Source: a bacterium | GTDB taxonomy: Bacteria; UBA8248 | NCBI GenBank assembly: GCA_965203325.1 | Contig: OZ241875.1 | Coordinates: forward strand, 576,001-640,000 | Direction of reading: 5' to 3' | Length of the DNA stretch: 64,000 bases | Shown here: positions 1 through 10,776 of the stretch, in pieces | How the letters are laid out: each line of letters starts with the position of its first letter | Numbering within the stretch: the first letter of the stretch is position 1 | The notes under the pieces: model-generated | Seen by the model: the letters and a program-made list of their open reading frames with translations, nothing else | What the model was told of the DNA's origin: nothing | Database searches by the model: none | Program-made: the position numbers and the translations under genes

Positions 1-235
1 GGAGGTCATGTGGCTGCCCGTGGTCGCCACGGTGGCCACCCTGCTGGCCATGCTCTTTCTGGTGCTGGCGCTGTCGAAGGCGGAAGGCCAGACGGCGGGC
101 GTGGTGGCGCTTTCGGCGCTGTATCCGGGCGTCACGGCGGTTCTGGCGGCGATGTTCCTGGGCGAGGGCTTCACGCCCGCCAAGGTGGGCGGACTCGTCT
201 GCGCCGCCCTGGCCGCATTCCTGTTCACGCGCTAG
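1..235 (+). CDS. EamA/DMT family transporter, C-terminal part (5' end outside window)
   Basis: Hydrophobic helices with a DMT-type 'VVALSALYPGVTAVLAAMFLGE' motif; stop at 233-235. Confidence 0.75.
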   Translation, partial: EVMWLPVVATVATLLAMLFLVLALSKAEGQTAGVVALSALYPGVTAVLAAMFLGEGFTPAKVGGLVCAALAAFLFTR

Positions 236-252
236 GTGGGAATCCTCAAGCC

Positions 253-2400
253 ATGACGACCAAACGCGGACTTCGCATCGGCATCGATACGGGCGGCACG
301 TTCACCGATGTGGTCGGCGTGCGCTCCGACTCCGGCGAGGTCTTCACCACCAAGACGCCGACGACGCCCGCCGATTTCAGCGAGGGCCTGATACAGGGCA
401 TCCGGAAAATTCTCTCCGAGACCAAGATCCGCCCGGCCATGGTGAACGGCGTGTTCCACGGAACGACGGTGGCGACGAACGCCATCCTGGAGCGCCGCTT
501 TGAGGACCTGGGCTTCATCGTCACGGGCGGTTTCCGCCATCTGCTCGAAATCGGCGGGGCGAACGGCACGGCGAAGACCAATTACGCCGCTCCCCTGCTC
601 GCAAAACCCCGCGACGCGCTGGTTCCCCCAGAACGGGTACGGGAAGCCAAGGAGAGAATCTCCGCATCGGGCGAAGTTCTCGAATCCCTGAATGAACAGG
701 ACGCCTTAAAACTCGCCAGGTGGTTCAAGGGGCAGCGTATCGGCTCTGTGGGGGTCTGTCTGCTCCACGCCTACGCCAACCCGGCGCACGAGGAATTGAT
801 ATTAGAGGCCTTCGAGCGCGAATACCCCGAATGCTTCGTGAGCATATCGAGCGAGGTGATCCCCGAGCCCGGCGAATACGAGCGCGCCATCACCACGCTT
901 CTCGATGCGTGCATCAAGCCGCGCATCAAGGACTATGTCGAGAACGCTTCCAGGAAAATCGAGGACACCCTGGGCGGCGCGCCGTTCATGATAATGAAGA
1001 GCAACGGCGGGGTTTCTACCGCGCGCGAGATCGCCAAGCGGCCCATCGGCACCGTGCTCTCGGGACCGGCTGCCGGCGCGCTCTCCGCCGCGTTTCTCGG
1101 GAAACTCTCGGGGCATGAGCAGCTCATCACCCTGGACGGGGGCGGCACCTCGACCGACATCGCCGTAGTCGAGGGCGGCGAGGCCAAGCGCGCCACCCGG
1201 CACCAGCTCGATGAGTTTTACTTGAGGATGCCGATGATCGACGTCGTCACCATCGGCACAGGCGGCGGGTCGGTCGCCTGGCGAAGCCCCGAGGGGCGTC
1301 TGCGCGTGGGGCCCCGGAGCGCGGGCGCGGACCCGGGCCCCATCTGCTACGGAAAGGGCGGCGAAGAGCCCACCCTCACCGACGCGAACCTGCTCCTCGC
1401 GCGCAGCCCGCTCCACCTGGCGGGCGGCGAGGTGAAGCTCAACAAGGCCCTCGCCATGAAGGCCATGCGCGATCTGGCGCGCGGGTTCGACATGAACCCC
1501 CACAAGATGGCCTCGGGCGTGGTCGAAATCGCCGCCTGGAACCAGACCCACGCCGTGCGCCGCGCGACGGTGCAGCGGGGCATTTCTCCCAAAAACTTCG
1601 CCCTGATGGCCTTCGGCGGCTCGGGGCCGCTCACGGCGGGTCTGGTGGCCGAACTCCTGGAGATCGACACCGTCATCGTCCCGCCCTTCGCGGGGATGAC
1701 GAGCGCGTTCGGGCTGGAGGTCGTAGACCTCGTGAACGATCACGCGGCGGCGCACTATCAATCCGAAGAAAACGTCCAGCCCGAAGCCCTGGGCGACGCG
1801 TACGAGAAGCTCGAAACCCAAGCGGCGGCGGGCCTCGAAAACGAGGGGGTTCCCCCCCACCGGCGGATGATGCGCCGCACCGCCGAGATGCGCTACCAGG
1901 GAGAGGCCACCGAGATCGAAGTCGACGTGCCCGGCGGCTACATCACCCCGCCTGTGCTGGCGGAGGCCTTCGAGCGCTTCCACACCCTCTACCAGCGCCG
2001 CTACACCTACAACCACAAGGGCAGCCGCCCGGTCGAGATCGTGCACCTGCGCGTGACGGGTATCGGCATGACGGAGCCGCCCAACCTGCCCCTCATCCCG
2101 GCGGGCGACGACAGCCCCGAGGAGGCTTATAAGGGCGCGCGCCTCGTCTGGTTCAAGGAGCTGGGTGGGTTTCACGACACGCCGGTCTACTACCGGGAGA
2201 GGCTGCTGGAGGGCAACTACATCCCCGGACCGGCCATCGTCGAGAGCTTCGGCAGCACGACGGCCATCTTCCCCCGGCAGGAAGCCCGGGTGGACAGGTA
2301 CGGAAACCTGGTGATGCGCTTCCGCTCGGAAGTCTTCGAGCGCGACGAGCGCGCCGGCAGGCCGACGGGCGATCACGGCGTGGGAGCGGCATGGGGATGA
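253..2400 (+). CDS. Hydantoinase A / 5-oxoprolinase-family ATP-dependent subunit
   Basis: Motifs GIDTGGTFTD, HGTTVATNA, SGPAAG, DGGGTSTD, SAGADPGPICYG; ATG at 253 in the 10..2400 frame. Confidence 0.93.
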   Translation: MTTKRGLRIGIDTGGTFTDVVGVRSDSGEVFTTKTPTTPADFSEGLIQGIRKILSETKIRPAMVNGVFHGTTVATNAILERRFEDLGFIVTGGFRHLLEIGGANGTAKTNYAAPLLAKPRDALVPPERVREAKERISASGEVLESLNEQDALKLARWFKGQRIGSVGVCLLHAYANPAHEELILEAFEREYPECFVSISSEVIPEPGEYERAITTLLDACIKPRIKDYVENASRKIEDTLGGAPFMIMKSNGGVSTAREIAKRPIGTVLSGPAAGALSAAFLGKLSGHEQLITLDGGGTSTDIAVVEGGEAKRATRHQLDEFYLRMPMIDVVTIGTGGGSVAWRSPEGRLRVGPRSAGADPGPICYGKGGEEPTLTDANLLLARSPLHLAGGEVKLNKALAMKAMRDLARGFDMNPHKMASGVVEIAAWNQTHAVRRATVQRGISPKNFALMAFGGSGPLTAGLVAELLEIDTVIVPPFAGMTSAFGLEVVDLVNDHAAAHYQSEENVQPEALGDAYEKLETQAAAGLENEGVPPHRRMMRRTAEMRYQGEATEIEVDVPGGYITPPVLAEAFERFHTLYQRRYTYNHKGSRPVEIVHLRVTGIGMTEPPNLPLIPAGDDSPEEAYKGARLVWFKELGGFHDTPVYYRERLLEGNYIPGPAIVESFGSTTAIFPRQEARVDRYGNLVMRFRSEVFERDERAGRPTGDHGVGAAWG

Positions 2401-4109
2401 ACGCGAACCCGATTGTCAGCGAAATCCTGGCGGGGGCGCTTCGCGCGGTCGAGGAGGAAGTCGAGGACCTCCTCGCGCGCATCTGGCGAAGCCCGTCCCT
2501 GCGCGACGCGGGCGATTTCTCGGTCTGTCTGTTCGACCGCTTCGGGCGCGCGCTCACCGGGCGGGTGCTCGCCACAGGCCCCGCGCCCGTCATCCGCGCC
2601 TATCCCGACCCGGCCGAGGGCGACGTTTTCCTCCACAACGACCCCTACATGCCCCCCGCGGGCTTGGGCGAGGCCGCGGAACTATGCCTCACACGCCCCC
2701 TATTCGCAGAGGGCGCGCTCATCGCCTTTTTGCAGATCAGGGGGCGTCACGACGATCTGGGCGGCGCGCTGCCCGGAGGTGCCAGCGTCGGCTCGCGCGA
2801 GAGCTATCACGAGGGCGTCCTCATCCCGCCCGTGCGGATAGCGCGCGGCGATGAGACGGTCGATGACATCAAGACGCTGCTCTTGCGCAACAGCCGCCAG
2901 GCCCATCACCTGGGGGACGACATCGACGCCCAACTCGGCGCGCTCCGCGTCGGCGCGGCGCGGCTCAAGGATTTGACGCGGCGGTACGGAGCGGAGAACC
3001 TCACGGCGTGCTTCGCCGATCTGCTGAGAGAATGCGAACTCGCGTTCCGCGGCCATCTCATCCCGCAACTCCCCGAAAAAAGCTGGACGGCGAAAACCGC
3101 CGTCGAAACGGACGGATTGAACGGCCCGCATGAACTCGCGCTCACGCTCACGCGGCAAAAGGACGCTCTCCATATCGGACTGGACGCGGCCCCCCAAGCG
3201 CGCGGCCCCATCAACTGCCCCCTGGAGGGAGAGGGCGCGCAGTTCCTGACCCGCCTCCTGGCCCCCATGCTGCTCCATCTTCAGGACGATATGAATGAGA
3301 CTCCCCTGAACGACGGGGCCTTGCGGGGGTTCCAGATAAAATTGCCGGAACCGGGCACGATTCTCACCCCCCGCTTCCCCGCCCCGACGGGCCTGAGGGC
3401 GCTCACGCTCGGAAAGCTGCTCTCGGCGTTCGGCGAGGCGCTATTCGAAGCCTCCGGCGGGCGCACGCCCACGGGCTTCGATAACCTGAGGACGCTCAGC
3501 TTCTGGGGACACGACGAGAAAGGCGGCTTCCACCTGCTGAGAGAAGCCCTCGGCGCAGGCGCGGGCGCGGGGGTGAAGGGAGACGGGGCATCCGCCGTTC
3601 CCCCGCTCGGCGCGACCGGCGGCATGCCCGTCGAGGTGATGGAGGCGCGTTATCCGGTGCGGGTCGAGTCGATGGGGCTGGCGCAGGACTCGGGCGGCGC
3701 GGGCGCGCGGCGCGGCGGCCTGGGGGTTTTTCGGGAATACCGCATGCTCATCGACGGCGTATCGGCGAGTGCTGCGGGAAGCGCCGAAGCCAGCCCCGCG
3801 GGCGGGCCGGGCGCATCGGCCGGACAGCCCTACGAGATGCGCCGGCGCTCCGGCAAAAAGAGCGCGCAAGCTCCCGCCGTCGGTGCTTCCACGGCGTTCT
3901 CTAAAGGCGATTCGATTCGGGTCTCCACCCCCGGCGGCGGCGGGTGGGGCGACCCCAAAGAACGCGACCCCGAGGACGTGCGCGCCGACGTGTTGCGCGG
4001 CTTCGTTTCGCCCAAGGCGGCGGAGGCGGCCTACGGCGTGGTGCTGGGCGGCGCGCCGGGCTTTCAAATCGATGCGGATGCAACCCGAAAACGCAGGCAG
4101 GGAAAATAA
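2397..4109 (+). CDS. Hydantoinase B / oxoprolinase-family subunit (metal-ligand motifs look degenerate)
   Basis: NDPY, HDDLGG, PVEVMEARYP, DSGGAG, TPGGGGWGDP motifs; ATGA overlap with the upstream stop (alternative ATG at 2391). Confidence 0.88.
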   Translation: MNANPIVSEILAGALRAVEEEVEDLLARIWRSPSLRDAGDFSVCLFDRFGRALTGRVLATGPAPVIRAYPDPAEGDVFLHNDPYMPPAGLGEAAELCLTRPLFAEGALIAFLQIRGRHDDLGGALPGGASVGSRESYHEGVLIPPVRIARGDETVDDIKTLLLRNSRQAHHLGDDIDAQLGALRVGAARLKDLTRRYGAENLTACFADLLRECELAFRGHLIPQLPEKSWTAKTAVETDGLNGPHELALTLTRQKDALHIGLDAAPQARGPINCPLEGEGAQFLTRLLAPMLLHLQDDMNETPLNDGALRGFQIKLPEPGTILTPRFPAPTGLRALTLGKLLSAFGEALFEASGGRTPTGFDNLRTLSFWGHDEKGGFHLLREALGAGAGAGVKGDGASAVPPLGATGGMPVEVMEARYPVRVESMGLAQDSGGAGARRGGLGVFREYRMLIDGVSASAAGSAEASPAGGPGASAGQPYEMRRRSGKKSAQAPAVGASTAFSKGDSIRVSTPGGGGWGDPKERDPEDVRADVLRGFVSPKAAEAAYGVVLGGAPGFQIDADATRKRRQGK

Positions 4110-4176
4110 ATTCGCACTTTCTCCCTCGATGCAGCGGATTCAAGGCGCAAAGGGGGATAAAATCCCTCCGCCGCAC

Positions 4177-5285
<1,109 letters not shown>

Positions 5286-5299
5286 GAGGCCCAGGATCA

Positions 5300-6523
5300 A
5301 TGGCGACGATCACGAGCACGATTGAGAACGGCGACCCGAAACTCGGCGTCGAGGACATCGACGTCGCGGGCAAGCGCGTTTTCCTGCGCGTCGACTTCAA
5401 CGTGCCGCTCGACGATCAGGGACACATCACGGACGACGCCCGCATCCGGGCGGCCCTGCCCACCATCAACTATCTGCTGGACGAGGGCGCGCGGGTCGTC
5501 ATCGGCTCCCACATCGGCCGGCCCAAGGGAAAGCCCGACCTCAGAAACTCCCTTGGCCCCGTCGCAAAGCGCCTGGCCCGGCTTCTGGAGAAGGAATGCC
5601 CCCTGGCCCCCGCCCCCACGGGAGCGGAGACCCGGAGCATGGCGGAGGAGATGCGGCCCGGCCAGGTGCTCCTGCTGGAGAACCTCCGGTTTCATCCGGG
5701 CGAGGAGAAAAACGACGATAAGTTCGCCCGCGAACTCGCCTCCCTGGCCGACATATACATCGGCGACGCGTTCGGCAACGCCCACCGCAACCACGCCTCG
5801 ATGTCGGCGATCACGAAATTCCTGAACCCCGCCGTCGCCGGTTTCCTGATGATCAAGGAGGTCAGCTACTTAAGCGGCGCGGTGAACAACCCGATGCGCC
5901 CCGTGGTGGCGATCGTCGGGGGCGCGAAGGCGAGCGCCAAGATCGGCATCGTCGAGCGGATTCTCCCCAAGATGGACAAGATCGTCATCGGGGGCGGCAT
6001 GGCGGGCACCTTCCACCGCGCGCTGGGCTACGAGATGGGAAACAGCCTCGTCGAGGAGCACATGGTGGACACGGCGCGCTCCATCATGAACAAGGCGCAG
6101 GAGCTGGAGGTGAAGTTCTACCTCCCCAGCGACTACGTGATCGCGGACAAGTTCGAGGCCTCGGCGGAGACCAAGGTGGTGCCCGCCCAGGAAGTGCCCG
6201 AGGAGTGGTATGCGCTCGACATCGGACCGGCGAGCACGACTCTGTTCGGCGAGGTGCTCCAGGACGCGAAGACCATCATCTGGAACGGGCCGATGGGCGT
6301 GTTCGAGGTGGACGCCTTCTCGCGCGGCACCTACGCCATGGTGAACCACGTGGCGAACTCCTACGCGCTGACCATCGTGGGCGGCGGCGATACCGACGTG
6401 GCCGTCCACGCGGCGGGCGAATCGCGCCGCATCTCCTACATCAGCACGGGCGGCGGCGCCTTCCTGGAACTGCTCGAGGGGAAAGAACTCCCCGGCCTGG
6501 CCTGTCTCACGGACAAAACCTGA
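5300..6523 (+). CDS. pgk: Phosphoglycerate kinase
   Basis: RVDFNVP, LLENLRFH, WNGPMGVFE, STGGGAFLE motifs; ATG at 5300. Confidence 0.97.
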   Translation: MATITSTIENGDPKLGVEDIDVAGKRVFLRVDFNVPLDDQGHITDDARIRAALPTINYLLDEGARVVIGSHIGRPKGKPDLRNSLGPVAKRLARLLEKECPLAPAPTGAETRSMAEEMRPGQVLLLENLRFHPGEEKNDDKFARELASLADIYIGDAFGNAHRNHASMSAITKFLNPAVAGFLMIKEVSYLSGAVNNPMRPVVAIVGGAKASAKIGIVERILPKMDKIVIGGGMAGTFHRALGYEMGNSLVEEHMVDTARSIMNKAQELEVKFYLPSDYVIADKFEASAETKVVPAQEVPEEWYALDIGPASTTLFGEVLQDAKTIIWNGPMGVFEVDAFSRGTYAMVNHVANSYALTIVGGGDTDVAVHAAGESRRISYISTGGGAFLELLEGKELPGLACLTDKT

Positions 6524-6553
6524 AAACCCCAGAAAGATAAAGAGGAACTCGCG

Positions 6554-7336
6554 ATGCGGCGCGCCCTCGTGGCCGGCAACTGGAAGATGAACAAGACGAT
6601 AGCGGAGGCGCGAACCCTCGCGCGCGAGGTGGCCGGGGGCGTCGCGGGAGAGAACCCATCCGGCGTCGACGTCCTGCTGGGACCGCCCTATCTCGCCCTC
6701 CCGGCGGTCGCGGAGGCGGTCGCGGGGAGCGCCGTCGGCGTCGCCGGGCAGAACTGCTCCCATCACCCGGACGGCGCATATACCGGCGAGGTGAGCGTCT
6801 CGATGCTCAGGGACGCAGGCGCCACCCACGTCATCCTCGGACACAGCGAGAGGCGCGAGTTGATGGGAGAAGGCGACGGCCTCATCGCCCGCAAGGCGCA
6901 GGCGGCGAGCGCGGGCGGCCTCACGCCCATCATCTGCCTCGGAGAGCCATTTACGACGAGAAAAGCCGGAAAGACGCTTGAGCGCCTCGCGCACCAGATA
7001 GAGCACTCGATTCAGGGCGCGTTCGCCTCCCCTCCTCCGGGGGGTTTCGTCGTCGCGTACGAACCCGTTTGGGCCATCGGCACGGGCCTCACGGCCACGC
7101 CCGAACAGGCCCAGGAGGCGCACGCGTTCATCCGCAAGCGGCTCGAGGACATTTTTGGCTTGGAATGCGCGCAGGAAACGCGTATCTTATACGGAGGAAG
7201 CGTGAAACCGGATAACGCCGCGGATTTGTTCGCCGGGCCCGACATCGACGGCGGCCTCATCGGCGGGGCGAGCCTGAACGGCGCAGATTTTCTGGAAATC
7301 ATCCGCTCCGCGGGGACGGGTTCCGCACAGACATGA
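6554..7336 (+). CDS. tpiA: Triose-phosphate isomerase
   Basis: GNWKMN, GHSERR, AYEPVWAIGTG, YGGSV, GGASL motifs. Confidence 0.98.
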   Translation: MRRALVAGNWKMNKTIAEARTLAREVAGGVAGENPSGVDVLLGPPYLALPAVAEAVAGSAVGVAGQNCSHHPDGAYTGEVSVSMLRDAGATHVILGHSERRELMGEGDGLIARKAQAASAGGLTPIICLGEPFTTRKAGKTLERLAHQIEHSIQGAFASPPPGGFVVAYEPVWAIGTGLTATPEQAQEAHAFIRKRLEDIFGLECAQETRILYGGSVKPDNAADLFAGPDIDGGLIGGASLNGADFLEIIRSAGTGSAQT

Positions 7337-7349
7337 GAAGAGTGAGAAA

Positions 7350-7658
7350 ATGACGATAGTCTTGACCGTTTTGCACGTAGCCGTTGCGATTTGCCTGATC
7401 CTCTCCGTGCTTCTCCAGGCGGGCAAAGGCGGCGGCATGGGCGCCGCCTTCGGCGGATCGAGCGATACGATGTTCGGGACGCGGGGGCCGGTGAACTTCC
7501 TGAGCAAGGTCACGACCGGCGCCGCCGTCCTCTTCATGGTGACATCGCTTCTGCTCACCTACATCGGCTCGCACAACGCCAACCAGGGCGGATCGATAGT
7601 GCCCAGCGCGCCGGTACAAGGAGCACCGACAACACCTGCCGCCCCGGAAAAGAAATAG
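7350..7658 (+). CDS. secG: Preprotein translocase subunit SecG
   Basis: Two TM helices, LLQAGKGGGMGAAFGG motif, canonical position after tpiA. Confidence 0.95.
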   Translation: MTIVLTVLHVAVAICLILSVLLQAGKGGGMGAAFGGSSDTMFGTRGPVNFLSKVTTGAAVLFMVTSLLLTYIGSHNANQGGSIVPSAPVQGAPTTPAAPEKK

Positions 7659-7700
7659 AGCGAGGCCGACTCCTCTATTCAAGCGTTCTAAGGGCCGACG

Positions 7701-9779
7701 ATGCTGATCAAGCGCATCCTGCTGCTGCTCCCCTTTCTCATCGCGGCCGCGTTGTTCCAGTCCTACTTCTGGGTGCCGACGTTCTCCGATCAGACAAAAG
7801 GCGGCAGCGACGAGCGCCTCCGCCAGTTCATCACCGGCTCCATCGGCGACGCGCAAATCCTGAACCCTATCCTTCACGCCGACACGGCGAGCGGGGCCAT
7901 CGTCGATCAGATATTCGAGGGCCTCATCGACAGGGACCGCGACCTCTCCTACCGGGGCCGTCTGGCCGCCTCGTGGAAAATCTATGAGGAGGCGTTCTTC
8001 GTGCCCCATCCCGAGGGGCCCGGCGCGAAAGCCCTGGCGGAGCGCATCGAGCGGGCGCGCGCCGAAGGCGGGGCCGCATGGCTGGAAAACGTCGAAAAAG
8101 CCGAAACTATCGCTCCCGTCGAGGAGAAAACCGCCATCCGCACCCCGCCTCCCAAGGGCGGGAAAGCGCCTGGGCGAAAGGCCGTCGTCATCGCCTATCC
8201 CGCGCGGGTGAAGGTGACGCTCAAGAGCGTGGATCAGGACCTCTTCAAACATCTGGAGAAGCTGCTGGGCAAGAGCGGCCTCGCCAAAGACCCCGCTCCC
8301 TACCTCAAGACCAAGCTGCCCGATAAACTGCTCCCCTTCGCCGCGCGGCGCGTCAAGCTCACCGAGCACAACCCGATCATCATCTTCCAGCTCAGGCGCG
8401 GCGTGCGCTTTCACGACGGCCACGAGTTCGACTCCGGCGACGTGCGCTTCACCTACGAATCCATCATGAACCGCAAGAATCTCTCCCCCCGGGTGCCCGA
8501 CTACGAACCCGTCAAGCGCGTGGAAACGCCCGGTAAATTCACCGTCAAGATCACCTACAAGCGTCTCTACTCCCCCGCCTTCGGCTCCTGGGGCATGGGG
8601 ATGCTGCCCGAACACCTGCTGAACGCCGAAAAGCTCGCCGAAGAAGCGAAGCAAAAGGGCAAGGACCCAAAAGCGTTCAGCCTGCGCGACAGCGCGTTCA
8701 ACCGAAAACCCGTCGGCACGGGGCCTTTCGTCTTCAAGGAATGGCGCTCGGACGAACTCATCCGCCTCGGGCGGAACGAGCACTACTGGGAGGGGCCGCC
8801 CGAGTATCACGAATACGTCTACAGAATCCTGCCGGACCCCCTCACGCAGGAGATCACCTTCTACGCGGGCACGGTGGACCGCTACGGGGCGGGCGCACAC
8901 CAGGTCGAGCGGCTCAAGAAGGACCCGAGGTTCCAGGTGTTCTCGGGCCTCGGTTTTGGTTACACCTATGTCGGCTACAACCAGCGGCGCTGGCCGTTTC
9001 AGGACGCGCGCGTGCGCCGGGCGCTCGGCATGGCGGTGAACACCGCTCAGATTCACCGCTACGTGCTGAACGGCGAGGCCGAGGACATCACCGGCCCGTT
9101 CGTGAAGCAAAGCCCGCACTACAACAAAAAAATCAAGCCCCTGCCCTACGACCCCGAAGGCGCGGTGCGCCTGCTGCACGAGGCGGGGTTCAAGAAAAAA
9201 GACGGTATCCTGATGAAAGACGGCAAGCCCCTGGCCTTCAACCTCATGACGAACCACGGCAACGAGATCAGGCGCGCCGTCGGCACCGTGGTGCAGGACG
9301 CCTGGAAGAAGATCGGCGTCAAGATCACCTTCTCGCAAGTCGAGTGGGCGGTGTTCATCCGAAAGCACGTCAACCAGCTCAATTTCGACGCGGTCGTCCT
9401 CGGCTGGAGCATGGGCCTGGACCCGGACCTCTACCAGATCTGGCACTCGAGCCAGACGAACAAGGGCCAGCTCAATTTCGTGGGCTACAAGAACCCCAAG
9501 GCGGATGACCTCATCATCAAGATCCGCCAGGAATACGACCTCCCGACACAGGTCCGCTACGCGCACGCGCTACACAGCATCATTGCGGCGGATCAGCCCT
9601 ACACGTTCCTCTATGTCGGCAAGTGGACGGCGCTGCTCGACCGGAAAATCGCCGTCGCCAGGCGTCTCAGGAGCGGCAAATTACGGCCCGAAAAAATCCG
9701 CCCCACCATCACGGGCAACTATTCGTTCGACTTCAACGAGTGGCTGAAATTCCCCCAAATCCCCCGGTTCGAGAACTAA
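7701..9779 (+). CDS. Peptide/nickel ABC transporter substrate-binding protein (family 5)
   Basis: LNPIL...IFEGL, LRRGVRFHDG, PVGTGPF, VRRALGMAVN motifs; N-terminal hydrophobic anchor. Confidence 0.92.
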   Translation: MLIKRILLLLPFLIAAALFQSYFWVPTFSDQTKGGSDERLRQFITGSIGDAQILNPILHADTASGAIVDQIFEGLIDRDRDLSYRGRLAASWKIYEEAFFVPHPEGPGAKALAERIERARAEGGAAWLENVEKAETIAPVEEKTAIRTPPPKGGKAPGRKAVVIAYPARVKVTLKSVDQDLFKHLEKLLGKSGLAKDPAPYLKTKLPDKLLPFAARRVKLTEHNPIIIFQLRRGVRFHDGHEFDSGDVRFTYESIMNRKNLSPRVPDYEPVKRVETPGKFTVKITYKRLYSPAFGSWGMGMLPEHLLNAEKLAEEAKQKGKDPKAFSLRDSAFNRKPVGTGPFVFKEWRSDELIRLGRNEHYWEGPPEYHEYVYRILPDPLTQEITFYAGTVDRYGAGAHQVERLKKDPRFQVFSGLGFGYTYVGYNQRRWPFQDARVRRALGMAVNTAQIHRYVLNGEAEDITGPFVKQSPHYNKKIKPLPYDPEGAVRLLHEAGFKKKDGILMKDGKPLAFNLMTNHGNEIRRAVGTVVQDAWKKIGVKITFSQVEWAVFIRKHVNQLNFDAVVLGWSMGLDPDLYQIWHSSQTNKGQLNFVGYKNPKADDLIIKIRQEYDLPTQVRYAHALHSIIAADQPYTFLYVGKWTALLDRKIAVARRLRSGKLRPEKIRPTITGNYSFDFNEWLKFPQIPRFEN

Positions 9780-9780
9780 C

Positions 9781-10776
9781 GTGGGCGCCTACGTCATCCG
9801 CACGAGCCTGTTCAAGCTGGTGACGCTCTTCGTCATCTCGGTCGTGAGCTTTTTGATTATCCATCTCGCGCCCGGCGAGCCGAGCCAGATCGACCCCTTG
9901 AACCCGCGCTTCACCCAGGAAGACCTCGCGCGCTACCGCGCCGCCTTCGACCTCGACAAGCCGCTACCGGTGCAATACTGGCTCTTCTACAAGAAATTCT
10001 TCACCGGCGAACTCACGAGCCTCAAGGACAACCAGCCGGTTTTCGGGAAGATATGGCGGCGCTTCCTCATCAGCCTGCCGCTTTTCATCGTGGGCACCAT
10101 CATCACCTGGTGCCTCTCGTTCCCGCTGGGAATCGCGGGCGCGCTGCGGCGTTACAGCGTATTCGACCGCTCCACCACGTTTTTGAGCTATCTCATGATC
10201 TCGATGCCGAGCTTCTTCCTGGCCTACATCCTCATCATCGCCGTCGTCCAGGGGTTCACGCTGCCCTTCACCGACTACCGCGTGCCGGGTCTGGAAGTCT
10301 CCGTGCTGGGCATCGAGACCTTCGGACGCGGCGAGGTCTCCCCCCTGTTCCGGATCAACGACCGCGTCTGGCACCTGGTGCTGCCCAGCCTCGTGGGCGC
10401 GATAGGCGGCATCGCCGTTCTCTCGCGCTACGTGCGCGGCCAGATGATAGAGGTGGTGGATTCGGACTTCATCCGCACGGCCCACTCCAAGGGCCTGGAT
10501 GAGGACACCGTGAACTACGTGCACGTCTTGAGAAACGCGGCCCTTCCCTTCGTCACCATGTTCGGCCTCATCCTGCCGGGTCTGATCGGCGGCTCGGTCA
10601 TCATCGAGAACATCTTCGCGTGGCCCGGCATGGGGCGGCTGGGCTTCGAGGCCGTGCTGGCGCGGGATTATCCGGTGATCCTGAGCCTCAACTTCATCTC
10701 CGCCATCCTGGTCGTCATCGGCACCTTCATCTCGGACGTTCTGCTCGTCGTCGTCGACCCGAGGATCCGCCTGTGA
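9781..10776 (+). CDS. Peptide ABC transporter permease (DppB/OppB-like)
   Basis: LDKPLPVQY, DFIRTAHSKGL (EAA loop), ENIFAWPGMG, DPRIRL terminus. Confidence 0.93.
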   Translation: MGAYVIRTSLFKLVTLFVISVVSFLIIHLAPGEPSQIDPLNPRFTQEDLARYRAAFDLDKPLPVQYWLFYKKFFTGELTSLKDNQPVFGKIWRRFLISLPLFIVGTIITWCLSFPLGIAGALRRYSVFDRSTTFLSYLMISMPSFFLAYILIIAVVQGFTLPFTDYRVPGLEVSVLGIETFGRGEVSPLFRINDRVWHLVLPSLVGAIGGIAVLSRYVRGQMIEVVDSDFIRTAHSKGLDEDTVNYVHVLRNAALPFVTMFGLILPGLIGGSVIIENIFAWPGMGRLGFEAVLARDYPVILSLNFISAILVVIGTFISDVLLVVVDPRIRL

